DNA of 64,000 nt from Sumerlaeia bacterium (GCA_040219255.1 JAVJSW010000046.1:192209-256208); one strand, 5' to 3'. Positions 1 to 19,530 are shown, counted from the first letter of the stretch. Notes: a model not told the origin generated them from the letters alone. A program made the numbers and translations.

Positions 1-1
1 C

Positions 2-577
2 AACAGCGCACTGGCGGTGTACGACCTGGCGCCTCTGATGGACGACCCGGAGGCCGGCTATCCGGAAGGATGGATCCTTCAGGGCGAGCGCGTTTACGTG
101 AAGGGCCAGGGATGGCAAGTCCTCAAGGGTCACAGCGCCCTCGCCGAGCGCGATGGATACCTGTACATCGCGACACGCACGTCGTCGGTGGTCTATCGCG
201 TTCCGCTCCGCGAGGACGGCCTGCCGGTACAGCCCATGGAAGCGGAAATCGTGGCGTATTTCGATCCCTTCGATCCGGAAACGTTCAAGTCCGCCGACAT
301 CACCGACATGGATTTCGACCCGCAGGGACGCCTCTACGTCGTGTCCGCCAAGCCTTCGCGGCTTTACCGGTTCGTTCCCGATCCCGCCAGTCCCTTCGAT
401 GCACGTGGAGGGGCCGAAGAACCGTGGGCCGACATGGCCACGCTTACCGGCAACCAGAAGATGAAGAGCGAGAACGTGATGGTGCATGACGGCTGGGCCT
501 ACGTCACGAGCGGGGACGGCTACACGTACCAGAAAGGGGCGGCGGGAACGGTGTACCGCGTCCCGATCGAAAACTAA
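2..577 (+). CDS. hypothetical protein, C-terminal part (possible beta-propeller/NHL-like); truncated by window start
   Basis: Frame is open from position 2 to TAA at 575-577; strand-turn motifs such as ITDMDFDPQGRLYVVS and DGWAYVTSG. Confidence 0.6.
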   Translation, partial: NSALAVYDLAPLMDDPEAGYPEGWILQGERVYVKGQGWQVLKGHSALAERDGYLYIATRTSSVVYRVPLREDGLPVQPMEAEIVAYFDPFDPETFKSADITDMDFDPQGRLYVVSAKPSRLYRFVPDPASPFDARGGAEEPWADMATLTGNQKMKSENVMVHDGWAYVTSGDGYTYQKGAAGTVYRVPIEN

Positions 578-721
578 ACTTTTTCGGGCCGATTTTCCCG
601 AGCGCTCTAAAAAACCTTTGTTGGAACACATTCTCTGTTGCAGTGCGAGTGCGTTTGTCGGAGACCGCTACCTTGGAAGTGTAGTTTCTTCCTGACCTCT
701 AAGCCTGAAAGGACGTCTTCG

Positions 722-1723
722 ATGGTTCGAAGAGATGTTCTGATCGCTCTGGGTGGCAACGCCATCACCGTCCCCGGAGAAGAGGGCAACCTGCAGCAGC
801 AGTTCGCCCACACGCACAGCACGATGGACGAGATCGCCTCTCTCGTCGAGGATGGCGTTCTCGACAGATTTATCCTCACCCACGGCAACGGTCCGCAGGT
901 CGGCAACGTACTCCTGCGGAGCGAACTGGCCAGCGGCGTGGTCTATCCCCTGACGCTCGACGTCTGCGTGTCCGACACGCAGGGCGGCATGGGTTACATG
1001 ATTCAGCAGGTCCTGCAGAATTGCCTGATGCGGCGGGGGCTGCCCTCTGAGGTCGCCACCGTGGTGACGCGGGTGTTGGTGGATCGCGAGGACGAGGCGT
1101 TCAAGAACCCGACGAAGTATGTGGGGCCCTGGATGACCGAAGAGGATGCGAAAGCGAAAGCCAAGGAGCGGGGCTGGCAGGTGCGCGAGGACCGCGGCCG
1201 CGGCTGGCGACGCGTGGTGCCTTCGCCGCTGCCGCGGCAGATCCTCGAAATCGAGGCGATCAAGCGCCTTTACGAAGCGGGGATGAATGTGATCGCCGCG
1301 GGCGGCGGCGGTATTCCGGTGGCTCCGCTGGCGGGCGGCGGATTCTCCGGCGTGGAAGGCGTGATCGACAAGGATCTGGCCTCGGCGCTGCTGGCGAACG
1401 AGCTGGGCTTCCACACGCTGCTCATAATCACCGGTTGCGATGGGATCTACACCGATTTCCACGAGCCGAATCAGAAGCACTATCCGGTGCTGACGGCTTC
1501 TCAACTCGAGACGATGGCGGCGCAGGGGCACTTTCCAGCGGGAAGCATGGGTCCGAAGGTGCGGGCCGCGCTGAATTTCCTGCGGGGCGGCGGCAAGCGC
1601 GTGCTGATCACGGAACTGGGCAAGATCCGGGCGTCGTTGCAGGGCGTGGGCGGCTCGGCCGTCTACCCTGACGCGGTGGCGAACGGGGATGAAGATCTGG
1701 AATCTCGACAGGAAGCGATTTAA
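722..1723 (+). CDS. arcC: carbamate kinase
   Basis: LIALGGNAI, THGNGPQVG, GWRRVVPSPLP, GGGGIPV, VIDKDLAS and GSMGPKV motifs; start reassigned to ATG 722. Confidence 0.93.
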   Translation: MVRRDVLIALGGNAITVPGEEGNLQQQFAHTHSTMDEIASLVEDGVLDRFILTHGNGPQVGNVLLRSELASGVVYPLTLDVCVSDTQGGMGYMIQQVLQNCLMRRGLPSEVATVVTRVLVDREDEAFKNPTKYVGPWMTEEDAKAKAKERGWQVREDRGRGWRRVVPSPLPRQILEIEAIKRLYEAGMNVIAAGGGGIPVAPLAGGGFSGVEGVIDKDLASALLANELGFHTLLIITGCDGIYTDFHEPNQKHYPVLTASQLETMAAQGHFPAGSMGPKVRAALNFLRGGGKRVLITELGKIRASLQGVGGSAVYPDAVANGDEDLESRQEAI

Positions 1724-1808
1724 GGCTTGCCAAGTCCCCGGCCTTGCACCTAGAAAGCTGCGCTCAACGCGGTGGCGGACCCGATCTCGACGCCGTGGCG
1801 AACCATGC

Positions 1809-1884
<76 letters not shown>

Positions 1885-1952
1885 CTGAAATTCAAACTCT
1901 GTGACGCTCGGGGCTGGAATGGCTCCGAGCGTCCTTTTGACATGGAACCATC

Positions 1953-2171
1953 ATGAAGTCTCAGGCCGCATCCGCCGGATTTTTCGAGAAAACATCGCTG
2001 TTCATCAGCCAGGTCCGCACCGAAATGACCAAGGTGACCTGGCCCACGAAGGAACAGACCCGCGAGTACACGATCCTGGTGATCGTCTCGTCGATCGCGG
2101 TGACGATCGCGATGGCCGCATGGGATCAGCTCCTGACGAAAATGCTCCAGGGCTTGTTGCTCCTGGGGTAA
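1953..2171 (+). CDS. secE: preprotein translocase subunit SecE
   Basis: EMTKVTWPTKEQ motif followed by one TM helix; lies between tRNA-Trp and nusG. Confidence 0.93.
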   Translation: MKSQAASAGFFEKTSLFISQVRTEMTKVTWPTKEQTREYTILVIVSSIAVTIAMAAWDQLLTKMLQGLLLLG

Positions 2172-2226
2172 GCCGAGGGGTCTCAAACAATCGAGCCGAA
2201 GCGGGAAAAGGAGCCGGACGGTCCTG

Positions 2227-2754
2227 ATGAAATGGTACGCAATTCACACCTATTCCGGGTTTGAAAAAAAAGTCAAGAAAGACATCGAGCACGTCGCCTC
2301 CATCGAAGGTCTGCGCAATGAGTTGGGTCGTGTGACGGTCCTGGAGGAAAAAGTCCAGGAAATCAAGGACGGCAAGCGCAAGGAGCACACCCGCAACATT
2401 ATGCCGGGCTATGTGTTCGTCGAGATGAACGACGACGAGCGGCTGTTCAAGGTGGTCGAGGAAATCAAAGGCGTTTCCCGTTTCGTGGGCGCCAGCGGAG
2501 CGCGCACTCCGCTGACGAAAGAGGAAGTGGACAACATCCTGAGCCACATCGAAGAGAAGAAGGAAGCGCCGCGCAAAGAGGTCAAGTACAGCATCGGCGA
2601 CAAGGTCAAGGTCACGGAGGGCAACTTCGCCAACTTCGTGGGAACCATCGAGGAAATCGATCATGAAAAGGCCAAGCTCAAGCTGGCCGTGTCGATCTTC
2701 GGCCGCAGCACCCCCCTGGAAGTCCACGCTTACCAGGTGGAAGCGGCGACCTGA
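2227..2754 (+). CDS. nusG: transcription termination/antitermination factor NusG
   Basis: KWYAIHTYSGFEKKV, MPGYVFVEM and KOW domain ending SIFGRSTPLEV. Confidence 0.97.
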   Translation: MKWYAIHTYSGFEKKVKKDIEHVASIEGLRNELGRVTVLEEKVQEIKDGKRKEHTRNIMPGYVFVEMNDDERLFKVVEEIKGVSRFVGASGARTPLTKEEVDNILSHIEEKKEAPRKEVKYSIGDKVKVTEGNFANFVGTIEEIDHEKAKLKLAVSIFGRSTPLEVHAYQVEAAT

Positions 2755-2828
2755 CGCCCCCCCCAATCCGGTTTCAAAGGCCGCCCTGCGGTGGCCAAAA
2801 CATCACGTTCACTTAGAGACGATCGCTC

Positions 2829-3257
2829 ATGGCAAAGAAAAAAGTGACAGCTTACATCAAGCTGCAATGCGTCGGCGGTCAAGCCAACCCGGCCCCTCCC
2901 GTGGGCCCGGCGCTTGGTCAGCACGGCCTCAACATCATGGACTTCTGCAAGCAGTACAACGCGCGCACGAAGGATCAGACGGGGATGGTCATCCCGACCA
3001 TCATCACGGTCTATAGCGACCGCTCGTTCACCTTCGAGCTGAAGACGCCGCCTGCGGCGGTGCTGCTCAAGAAGGCCGCTAACGTCAAATCGGGCTCGGG
3101 CGAGCCGCACAAGACCAAGGTCGGCAAAGTGACCAAGGCTCAGGTGCAGGAAATCGCCGAGATGAAGATGAAGGACCTGAACGCCAGCGACATCGGCGCC
3201 GCAATGCGGATGATCGAAGGAACGGCCCGCAGCATGGGCCTGGACGTCGTCGCTTAA
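2829..3257 (+). CDS. rplK: 50S ribosomal protein L11
   Basis: [31 protein letters not shown]. Confidence 0.98.
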   Translation: MAKKKVTAYIKLQCVGGQANPAPPVGPALGQHGLNIMDFCKQYNARTKDQTGMVIPTIITVYSDRSFTFELKTPPAAVLLKKAANVKSGSGEPHKTKVGKVTKAQVQEIAEMKMKDLNASDIGAAMRMIEGTARSMGLDVVA

Positions 3258-3277
3258 GCAACCACTCGACTCATATC

Positions 3278-3315
3278 GCGGGAGGCAGCCGGTCAGACGG
3301 CGCCGTTTGGACCGC
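3278..3315 (+). promoter_or_regulatory. putative L1-binding autoregulatory RNA element upstream of rplA
   Basis: GCGGGAGG...GACCGC stem with internal loop just before the rplA RBS, resembling L1 operator sites. Confidence 0.45.
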
Positions 3316-3328
3316 TGGAGGTTTTCCC

Positions 3329-4033
3329 ATGCCGAAACGTGGCAAGAAGTACAAAGAGCGCGCGGCGCTCGTGGACAAGTCGAAGCTTTACAGCGCGGTG
3401 GACGCGGTTCCCCTGCTTCGCAAAGTGGCCTACGCCAAGTTTGACGAGACGATCAACCTGGACGTGCGTCTGGGTGTCGATCCTCGCAATGCGGATCAGC
3501 AAGTTCGCGGCACGACGAGCCTTCCTCACGGAACGGGCAAGACGGTGCGCGTGGCTGTGTTCGCCCAGGGCGAAAAGGCCAAGGAAGCGGAAGAAGCCGG
3601 CGCCGATGTGGTCGGGAGCGACGACCTGATGAAGCGCATCCAGGAAGGGTTCCTGGAGTTCGACGCCTGTATCGCGACGCCTGACATGATGCGTATCGTG
3701 GGCCGCCTGGGTAAGATCCTGGGCCCCCGCGGCATGATGCCGAACCCGAAGGTGGGCACCGTGACGATGAACGTGGCGGATGCGGTGAACGCCCTCAAAT
3801 CCGGTCAGGTGGAATACCGCCTCGACCGCTTCGGTATCGTCCACGCGGCGGTTGGGAAGATGTCCTTCTCCGACGAGATGATCGCGGAGAACGTGAGCCA
3901 TTTCCTCGAGGCGCTGGCGAAGGCGAAGCCTTCCGCCGCCAAGGGGACCTACATGAAGTCTGTGTCGCTGAGCACCACGATGAGCCCGGGCATTCGCCTG
4001 GCCGCCGTGGAATCGGCGAAGTCGGCGGCCTGA
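3329..4033 (+). CDS. rplA: 50S ribosomal protein L1
   Basis: [28 protein letters not shown]. Confidence 0.98.
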   Translation: MPKRGKKYKERAALVDKSKLYSAVDAVPLLRKVAYAKFDETINLDVRLGVDPRNADQQVRGTTSLPHGTGKTVRVAVFAQGEKAKEAEEAGADVVGSDDLMKRIQEGFLEFDACIATPDMMRIVGRLGKILGPRGMMPNPKVGTVTMNVADAVNALKSGQVEYRLDRFGIVHAAVGKMSFSDEMIAENVSHFLEALAKAKPSAAKGTYMKSVSLSTTMSPGIRLAAVESAKSAA

Positions 4034-4098
4034 TTCGGGTCACGGCAACAGGTTCGAGGCTGGTGGCTGGCCTCGTGAAATAAGCAGCCGCACAACCA

Positions 4099-4210
4099 AC
4101 GCCATCCGTTGGGCCTAAGACAGCAGGAGGCTTCCCTGGATCGATTCGGGAGGCCCGAAGCCAGGGCGCGATGCAATTCGCGCCCGATCCCGCCGAGGCC
4201 CGGCGGCGTC
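4099..4210 (+). promoter_or_regulatory. putative L10 leader RNA
   Basis: CCTAAGACAGCAGG...CCCGCCGAGG pattern closing a long stem in the rplA-rplJ spacer. Confidence 0.6.
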
Positions 4211-4322
4211 CGTTTTCAAGCACCGCGTGGATTTTCCTTCCGCGTGGGCGGGCGTTCGCCGGGGTTTGCCTCGCACCAGAGGACAAAGGCCCCGGACGAA
4301 CGAAAGGAGGTGAAAACGGACA

Positions 4323-4910
4323 ATGGCAAAAGAAGGCAAAATCCCTACAAAACGACGCGGGCGTCAGCCCAAGATCGAAGCAGTCGAGCAGCTCACCGAG
4401 CTTTTCAAGAACGGTGACGGTATCGTCTTCGTGAACAACAAGGGCTTGAGCGTGGCGAAGAACAACGAGCTGCGCGCCAAGCTTCGCGAAGCGGGCGTCT
4501 CGATGCGCGTGGCGAAAAACACGCTCATCAAGATCGCCATGAAGCAGGCTGGCATCGAAGCCGGAGATCTGGAGAAGGAACTCGTCGGGCCCACGATGGT
4601 GGCGTTCTCGACGGAGGAAGCTCCCTCCGCCGCGGCGAAGACCCTGCTTGCGTGGTTGAAAGACAACGAAGGCAAGATCGAACCGAAGGGTGCTCTGCTG
4701 GCGGGTGAACCGCTGGTGGGCGCGGCCAATGTGGACATGCTCTCCAAGCTCCCCGGACGCGAAGAGATCATGGTCAGCATTTACCAGCAACTGCTGGCTC
4801 CCGCGATGCACGTGCAGATGCAGCTTTATTCGGCTCCGATGGCTATGGTCGGAACCTTCATGGCTCTCGAGAAGAAGCTGGAAGGCGAAGGCAGCAGCGA
4901 GGCGGCGTAA
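4323..4910 (+). CDS. rplJ: 50S ribosomal protein L10
   Basis: LRAKLRE, VAKNTLIKIA, LVGPT, LSKLPGRE; AAGGAGG RBS. Confidence 0.95.
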   Translation: MAKEGKIPTKRRGRQPKIEAVEQLTELFKNGDGIVFVNNKGLSVAKNNELRAKLREAGVSMRVAKNTLIKIAMKQAGIEAGDLEKELVGPTMVAFSTEEAPSAAAKTLLAWLKDNEGKIEPKGALLAGEPLVGAANVDMLSKLPGREEIMVSIYQQLLAPAMHVQMQLYSAPMAMVGTFMALEKKLEGEGSSEAA

Positions 4911-5042
4911 GAAGGCCAGGGTTTCCCCTGGGCGCGCATCCTCAACCCCCCGAATCGCGACGGTCTGACCGCCCCATGTGCGGAGTCCGGTGCAGCCGCG
5001 CGACACACTCGACTGTGGTAGATACCAAGGAGAAAGAACGTC

Positions 5043-5423
5043 ATGGCGTTGTCTCAAGCTGAACTCATCGAAGCGATCAAGAACTTGACGCTTAAGGAAG
5101 CGGCCGATCTGGCCAATGCTCTCAAGGAAGAACTGAACCTGCCGGAAATGTCTTTCGGTGGTGGTGGTGGCGGCGCCGCCGCGGCGGCTCCCGTCGAAGC
5201 GGCGGAAGAGAAGACCGAATTCACGGTCGTTCTCAAGGACGCCGGCGGCGAGAAGATCAAGGTCATCAAGGAAGTCCGTGGCATCACGGGCCTGGGCCTG
5301 AAGGAAGCCAAGGACGCCGTGGAAGGCGCCCCGACGGAACTCCTGAAGGACGTGTCGAAAGACGACGCGGAGAAGGCCAAGAAGCAACTGGAAGCCGTCG
5401 GCGCCGTCGTCGAGCTGAAGTAA
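5043..5423 (+). CDS. rplL: 50S ribosomal protein L7/L12
   Basis: [28 protein letters not shown]. Confidence 0.98.
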   Translation: MALSQAELIEAIKNLTLKEAADLANALKEELNLPEMSFGGGGGGAAAAAPVEAAEEKTEFTVVLKDAGGEKIKVIKEVRGITGLGLKEAKDAVEGAPTELLKDVSKDDAEKAKKQLEAVGAVVELK

Positions 5424-5461
5424 TCGCGGCGGCCCCAATGTGGCCGCTGTCGAGGATGGAA

Positions 5462-5513
5462 GGAAAACCCGCCATGAGGGGAGCCGAAAGGCTTGCTTTC
5501 CGGCGGGTTTTCC
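5462..5513 (+). terminator. stem-loop (terminator/attenuator) between rplL and rpoB
   Basis: GGAAAACCCGCC ... GGCGGGTTTTCC inverted repeat. Confidence 0.5.
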
Positions 5514-5862
5514 CGTATCCATGGGTGAGCGGGAGCTATGACACTTCGCGTTCCTCTTTTTTTCCGGATTGCCGGTTGACAGGGCCTGGTCTGTGTGTTG
5601 CTAGTGTTTGCTCACTGTGAGACGGCTCGTAGTCCAACCCTCAACCCTGACATTTCGTGACCCGCTGCAAAAACATCGAAGATTTCATGACGTGAACGAT
5701 ATCTGTGCCTGCCGCATGGCCGGGGAGTCCTGGCTGATGTGAGCGGGCGAACTGTGTTGATCGGCGCTCGATCCCTGGGATGTGCCAGAGTTCGGGCCAA
5801 ATAGCGTTCAGGCGGACTACAAGCCTGTTTTGCCACTCTGCCCCTGCCAGGAGCTTCTACTG

Positions 5863-10152
<4,290 letters not shown>

Positions 10153-10255
10153 CCCTCGGTTCCGCCGGTCCGCTCCGAGCCATCGGCTGGCGGGGAAGAG
10201 AGTTTCCCCGCCGGCCAACCCGAATCGCCTCACCTGATCAAGGGGTCCCAAGCCA

Positions 10256-14668
<4,413 letters not shown>

Positions 14669-14787
14669 GGCGTCCAAGAACCCCTGAGAACCAATAACTC
14701 CTGACCGAATTCGACCGCCGAGAGTCCTCGCCCCGCGCGAGGTGCTCCAGGCGGTCTTCGTTTGTCCCGCGAGAAGGGATATCGCTT

Positions 14788-15069
14788 ATGCACGTTTTAC
14801 TGGTCGAATACGACCTCTTCATTCCCGCCGCGCAGTCGCTCAAAGACAAGCGCTCGGTCATCAAGAGTATCGAACACCGCATCCGGTCGTCGTACAATGT
14901 GTCGCTGGCCGAGGTGGATTATCTCGACAAATGGCAGCGCGCCACGCTGGCCACGGCGGCGGTGGGACTGCTGAGGGATCGTCTCGAAGAAATTGAGCGC
15001 GCCGTGAGCCGTGAGTTCGAGGAGCGATTCGACCTGGAAATCACCGACCGGCGGCTGGAGTGGTTGTAG
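14788..15069 (+). CDS. DUF503 (YlxP-like) family protein
   Basis: AQSLKDKRSVIKSI...NVSLAEVDYLDKWQRATL signature. Confidence 0.85.
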   Translation: MHVLLVEYDLFIPAAQSLKDKRSVIKSIEHRIRSSYNVSLAEVDYLDKWQRATLATAAVGLLRDRLEEIERAVSREFEERFDLEITDRRLEWL

Positions 15070-15112
15070 GTGGGGCGGTAAGTCGCGGGATGCGGCGGAT
15101 CGAAGGCCGGGG

Positions 15113-16129
15113 CTACGCCGGCAGGGTGCGGACGCGTTCGTAGAAGGCGAGGAGGGTGTCGAGCTTTTCGACCTTCGGCAGGTCGCCGGGGGCTCCGTTG
15201 CCGCCGACGATGAGGGGCGTGCGGGGATCGAGCTTCTCACGGACCAGCATCACTTGCTCCTGGCTTTTCTTGGCGTCCTGCGTAGAGGAGATGCTGATGC
15301 AGACGGCGACCGGCTCGGCGCGTTCGGCGGCGCGTAGCAGTTCGCGGGGCGGCGTGAGGGGTCCGATATACACGACACGGCGCTCGGCCAGGACGACCAT
15401 CAGGGCGCACATGGTAAGGCCGAGGCGGTGCAGATCGCCGGGCAGGCTGGCCAAGAGGATGGGCCGGCCGGGAATGCGTTCGTTGAGGCGGCGCCACTGG
15501 TTGGTGAGGAAGTCGTTGAGGCGTTCGGAGGCGAAGTGCTCGTCCATGACGCACAGTTCGCCTTGCTCCCACATTTCACCGATCACGTGGAGAAAGGGAA
15601 CAGCGCGTTCCTCGATGAAGCGCATGGGACCGAGTTTGGCCCAGACATCGTAGAACTCGCGGGAGAGGGCGGTGTCGTCGAGGCGGGAGGCGATGGTGAT
15701 CCAGCGCTCGAGGGCGGAGCGGATTTCTTCGTTTTCGATCAGTCCGGGTTTTTCCGCGTTGTCCAGGAATCCAGTCGTGTCGACGGCGAGGAGCAGGCGG
15801 CGCAATTCTTCGATCGAGGCGTCGGCAACCTGTCCGGCGCGATAGCCGAGCGAGAGGGCCTGGGCGACGGCGCGCAGGCGCTGGACTTCGTGGTTGGGGT
15901 AGCGGCGATGACCGGAGGGGAGGCGGTAGGACTTGGGGGCGCCATAGCGCCGTTCCCACATGCGCAGGCTGTCGATACTGATGCCGGTGGCTTTCGAGAG
16001 GGCGCCGATGCTGAGCCCGTCGCGGAGGATATCGCGGTCGGCCTGGAACGACGTTCCGTGGGGGGATTCCAAGGGCTCGTCAGTCACTTTCCTGAGTACG
16101 GTTTCGTCGTCTCGATCGGATGCGGCCAT
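15113..16129 (-). CDS. MerR-family cobalamin-binding photoreceptor/regulator (CarH/LitR-like)
   Basis: MerR HTH (SIGALSKATGISIDSLRMWERRYG...GHRRY), W-x9-EH motif (WEQGELCVMDEH) and B12-binding GDLHRLG. Confidence 0.88.
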   Translation of the reverse strand: MAASDRDDETVLRKVTDEPLESPHGTSFQADRDILRDGLSIGALSKATGISIDSLRMWERRYGAPKSYRLPSGHRRYPNHEVQRLRAVAQALSLGYRAGQVADASIEELRRLLLAVDTTGFLDNAEKPGLIENEEIRSALERWITIASRLDDTALSREFYDVWAKLGPMRFIEERAVPFLHVIGEMWEQGELCVMDEHFASERLNDFLTNQWRRLNERIPGRPILLASLPGDLHRLGLTMCALMVVLAERRVVYIGPLTPPRELLRAAERAEPVAVCISISSTQDAKKSQEQVMLVREKLDPRTPLIVGGNGAPGDLPKVEKLDTLLAFYERVRTLPA

Positions 16130-16232
16130 GGGAAACGCTTTCAGGCGGCGGTCAGGGAAGTGTCCAGCGCCAAGTTATCCACAAGGACGTTGCGGCAAGA
16201 GCTAGGTCCATGGCAAGGAGGAATAGACACTT

Positions 16233-16244
16233 TGTTCAGGTTTT
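16233..16244 (-). promoter_or_regulatory. putative CarH-type operator site
   Basis: TGTTCAGGTTTT; minus strand reads AACCTGAACAA, matching nAnnTnnACAn; near-identical copy at 20275. Confidence 0.35.
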
Positions 16245-16278
16245 TTCTGAGAAGGAAAAGCAAATGAGACCAGGTTTA

Positions 16279-17544
16279 TCAGAGATTGTGTGACTCCGAA
16301 ATAATCGCCTCCGCCGCATAGCGTCCGCTCCGCAGGGCGCCGTCCAGGGAAGCGCTCAGCCGATGATCCCCGCAAACGTAGAGTCCGTCCCGATGTTTGG
16401 GGCTAATGGAATTACCGATGCCCGAAGGGGGAGTCTGGAGCGGCTGGGCGTGGGGGATCCGGTAGGTTTTCAGGTGGTGCCAGCGGCGGGCTTCGGCGCC
16501 AAAAAGAGAGGCTAGGCGATCCCGAACGTTCCGCGACAATTCGTCGTCGCTTTGTCCAGAAAAATCCAGGACACTGACGGAGAGCAGATGAGTTCCCGTC
16601 TGCGTCTGCGCCGGATTGACCTGATCGACCCAGTGCAGATTGTTGATGGGTCCCGCGGTTTCGCCGTTGAGCATGAGCCAGGGCCCGTGCACCGGGAGGC
16701 TCTTGGTGACGAAGTAAAGGCAGGCGACGCCGCGGCCCGGGGTTTCGGATGCCTCCTCCTTCCGGTCGAGAAGGCGTGCGGCGGCGGGGGCGTCGGTGGC
16801 GACGACGATGGCGCGGGCGGTGACTCGCTCGCCATCTTGAAGGAGCACGTCCTGGCCCTCGATGGCGGCGACGGCCCGTGTGTAGGTGATGGAGCCTTTT
16901 GGCAGGGCGGCGGCCAGTTGGTCGGGGATGGCCTGGATGCCGCGGGCGGGGATGGCGGTATCGCCCTTGGCCATCATGCGGATCACGAAATCGAGCATGC
17001 GGCTGGAGACCTGATCGAGGGCGTGAGTCAGGAAGATTCCGCCAAGGAACGGCCGCCAGAAAGCTTCGATCATGGCGGGGCTGAAGCCGATGTCGCGGAG
17101 GACGTCGAGAGCGGAGGTTTCCTCGCGGGAGAAGATTTTCGCCAGATCGCCCTTCATGGCGCGTGAGCGGAGCGAGAGGACGCGAAGTTTGTCCCGGAAG
17201 GTGCCGATGTTGGCGAAGAGGGTGGCGAAGGCCTCCGAGGGTTGGCGCATCGGATCGGACTGCATATGGAACCGTCCATCGCGCCAAATCATGGCGCCTG
17301 GGTGGAAGGCTTTGAGTTCCAGGGCGTCGTAGTCCAGTACGCGCCGGCATTCCGGGTAGGCGGTCAGGAGGACCTGGAAGCCGCGGTCGAGGGAGTAACC
17401 GTCCACCAGGTCGGTGCGGACGCGGCCACCGGGACCGTCGCTGGCTTCATAGATGTGGAAAGCGACCCCGTTGGCGACAAGGTGGCGGGCGCAGGCGAGG
17501 CCCGCGAGTCCGGCTCCGATGATGACGACATCTGGGTTGCTCAT
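16279..17544 (-). CDS. FAD-dependent oxidoreductase (amine oxidase/protoporphyrinogen oxidase-like)
   Basis: VVIIGAGLAGL, GGRVRTD, DRGFQVL, CGDH...GALRSG. Confidence 0.85.
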   Translation of the reverse strand: MSNPDVVIIGAGLAGLACARHLVANGVAFHIYEASDGPGGRVRTDLVDGYSLDRGFQVLLTAYPECRRVLDYDALELKAFHPGAMIWRDGRFHMQSDPMRQPSEAFATLFANIGTFRDKLRVLSLRSRAMKGDLAKIFSREETSALDVLRDIGFSPAMIEAFWRPFLGGIFLTHALDQVSSRMLDFVIRMMAKGDTAIPARGIQAIPDQLAAALPKGSITYTRAVAAIEGQDVLLQDGERVTARAIVVATDAPAAARLLDRKEEASETPGRGVACLYFVTKSLPVHGPWLMLNGETAGPINNLHWVDQVNPAQTQTGTHLLSVSVLDFSGQSDDELSRNVRDRLASLFGAEARRWHHLKTYRIPHAQPLQTPPSGIGNSISPKHRDGLYVCGDHRLSASLDGALRSGRYAAEAIISESHNL

Positions 17545-17575
17545 GCGCTTCTCGATCAATCCTTGGGTCAAGACT

Positions 17576-18112
17576 TCAGGCGGCGGGGGGCTTGGCCAAC
17601 TCGCAGTAATCGGGTCGGTCGGAAACCATGCGATGACGATAGGCCCTGACAATTCGGAGGCCGTCCATCAGAAAGACGCCCGGCATTTGCAGGACTTTGC
17701 CATTGGGCCGGCCGATCCGGTGTCCTCCGAGCAAAGCCGCCTGGATGCCGCGAACGACGACCGTGGGGCCGAAGAGTTGGCTGGCCTTGCCCTTTCGCAG
17801 GCCGAAGGCCTGGAAGAGCACCAGGTCTGGATCGGAAACGCGAGGGGCGGAGGTCACGCCGTAGCGCTCGAAGACGGGCCGCATCAGTGTTTCTGAGCTG
17901 GGGTGGACAAAGACGAGACCGATGCCCTGAGCCTCCAGTTCAGTGCGGCTCTGGGCGGCTTCGGCGACGGCTTCGCGGCAGAAGGTGCAGCCGCTGTGGC
18001 GTAGGAAGATCACCAAGTGGGGTTTGCTGTTGAGGACCGTCAGGAGGTTTTCGCCGACGTGGGTGCTGAATCGGCCCAGCAGGTCCTCGGAAAGCGTGGG
18101 TTCGGCGGGCAC
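17576..18112 (-). CDS. peroxiredoxin-like (AhpC/TSA, SelL-related) redox protein
   Basis: FLRHSGCTFCRE CxxC motif, SDPD, QMPGVF; GTG start with AAGGAG upstream. Confidence 0.8.
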   Translation of the reverse strand: MPAEPTLSEDLLGRFSTHVGENLLTVLNSKPHLVIFLRHSGCTFCREAVAEAAQSRTELEAQGIGLVFVHPSSETLMRPVFERYGVTSAPRVSDPDLVLFQAFGLRKGKASQLFGPTVVVRGIQAALLGGHRIGRPNGKVLQMPGVFLMDGLRIVRAYRHRMVSDRPDYCELAKPPAA

Positions 18113-18114
18113 GG

Positions 18115-19515
18115 TCAGGTGGACTCCTTGGTGCGGCCGAGTTGGTGACGCAGGGCGCCTTCGACCGTTGGGTACTGGTATTCGTAGCCGCTGGCGAGAA
18201 GCTTGGCGGGTTTCACGCGGAGGCTGGCGAGGAGGCCTTCGCGGGCGAAATCGCCGAGGGCCGCCTTCATGGCGAAGGCGGGCGCGGGCGGGCCGACGGG
18301 CCGGTGGAGAACGTGAGCGAGGGTCTTGGTGAACTCCGCGTTGGTCACTGGGTTGGGGGCGCAGAGGTTGACGGGGCCTTCCAGCTCCTCGTGCGCGAGC
18401 ATGTGGTGCAGGCCGCCTACCATGTCGTCGAGGGCGATCCAGCTGAACCACTGCTTGCCGCTGCCGAGCCGGCCGCCGAGGAAGCCCTTGAAGGCGGGGA
18501 GCATGGCCTTGAGCGCGCCGCCGGCGGGGGAGAGGACGATGCCGATGCGGGGGTGGACGACGCGGATTCCGGCTTCCTTGGCGGGCAGGGCGGCGGCTTC
18601 CCAATCGCGCGCCACATCGACGAGGAAACCTTCGCTCATAGGCGAATTGGCCTCCGTGACTTCCATGTCGCCGGTGTCGCCGTAGATGCCAACGGCGGAG
18701 GCGGAGAGGAAGACCCTTGGTTTGCGTTCGAGGCCGGCGAGCGCCTCGGCGAGGGTTTCCGTTCCGAACTTGCGGCTGTCGTGGATTTTGCGCTTTTTCT
18801 CGCTGGTCCAGAGTCCGGCGATATTCTCGCCCGCGAGATGGATGACGGCGTCGAGGCCTTCGAGTTCGGCGTGGTTTTCGATGCCTTTACGCGTGTCCCA
18901 GAGGATCTGTTTCTCGGGCAGGTTGGGTTTAGGCGACCGCGTGAGGCGAATGACTTCGTGACCGCCGGTGGTGAGGAATTGAGTCAGTGCCTGACCGACG
19001 AGACCGGTGGAGCCGCTGATGAGGATCTTCATGGGTGCGAGAGCCGCCTTGGCGTGGAGTTGCAGGTCGCTGGCCACGATGCGGTGGCGATAGGCGAACA
19101 TGCGCTCGAGATCGCTCCGTGCAAGACTCCCGCCAAAGAGTTCGCCGAGTGCCCCCACCGGCAGCCGATAGCGCACATCGTCGGTGTAATCGCAGACGGC
19201 GCCGTCGCCGGCCGGTTCAAACAGATGGCGGTGATCCCAGGAGGCGAAGGGTCCCTTCTCCATCTGATCCCGGAACTGGCGGCCTTCCCGGTAATCCAGC
19301 ATGCGGGCGATCCAGGTCAGCGTAGCGGGGCCTTTGCGGATTTTCATGGTCCAGCGGGCGCCGTCTTTGACCCCATCGCCTTCGCGCTTCACGACAAGAA
19401 CGTTCTCCCAGGGCGGAGTGAGACGCTCGAAGGCGTTGGGGTGCTCGTGCCAGGTGAAGGCTTCCTCGGCGGAAACGGCGAGGCGGGTGGTTTTTTTCAG
19501 GCGATGGTCCGTCAT
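18115..19515 (-). CDS. SRPBCC domain fused to TIGR01777-family NAD-dependent epimerase
   Basis: N-terminal WHEHPNAFERLTPPW...GPFASWDHRH; C-terminal ISGSTGLVG, HLAGENI, GGRLGSGKQWFSWI. Confidence 0.88.
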   Translation of the reverse strand: MTDHRLKKTTRLAVSAEEAFTWHEHPNAFERLTPPWENVLVVKREGDGVKDGARWTMKIRKGPATLTWIARMLDYREGRQFRDQMEKGPFASWDHRHLFEPAGDGAVCDYTDDVRYRLPVGALGELFGGSLARSDLERMFAYRHRIVASDLQLHAKAALAPMKILISGSTGLVGQALTQFLTTGGHEVIRLTRSPKPNLPEKQILWDTRKGIENHAELEGLDAVIHLAGENIAGLWTSEKKRKIHDSRKFGTETLAEALAGLERKPRVFLSASAVGIYGDTGDMEVTEANSPMSEGFLVDVARDWEAAALPAKEAGIRVVHPRIGIVLSPAGGALKAMLPAFKGFLGGRLGSGKQWFSWIALDDMVGGLHHMLAHEELEGPVNLCAPNPVTNAEFTKTLAHVLHRPVGPPAPAFAMKAALGDFAREGLLASLRVKPAKLLASGYEYQYPTVEGALRHQLGRTKEST

Positions 19516-19530
19516 GAGCGGGGGGTGTCC

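Noticed and set aside
5576-5607. TTGACA-based sigma70 promoters (also near 28740, 30242 and 50885)
   Set aside because: The -10 elements are weak or at non-canonical spacing, so they cannot be supported without TSS data.
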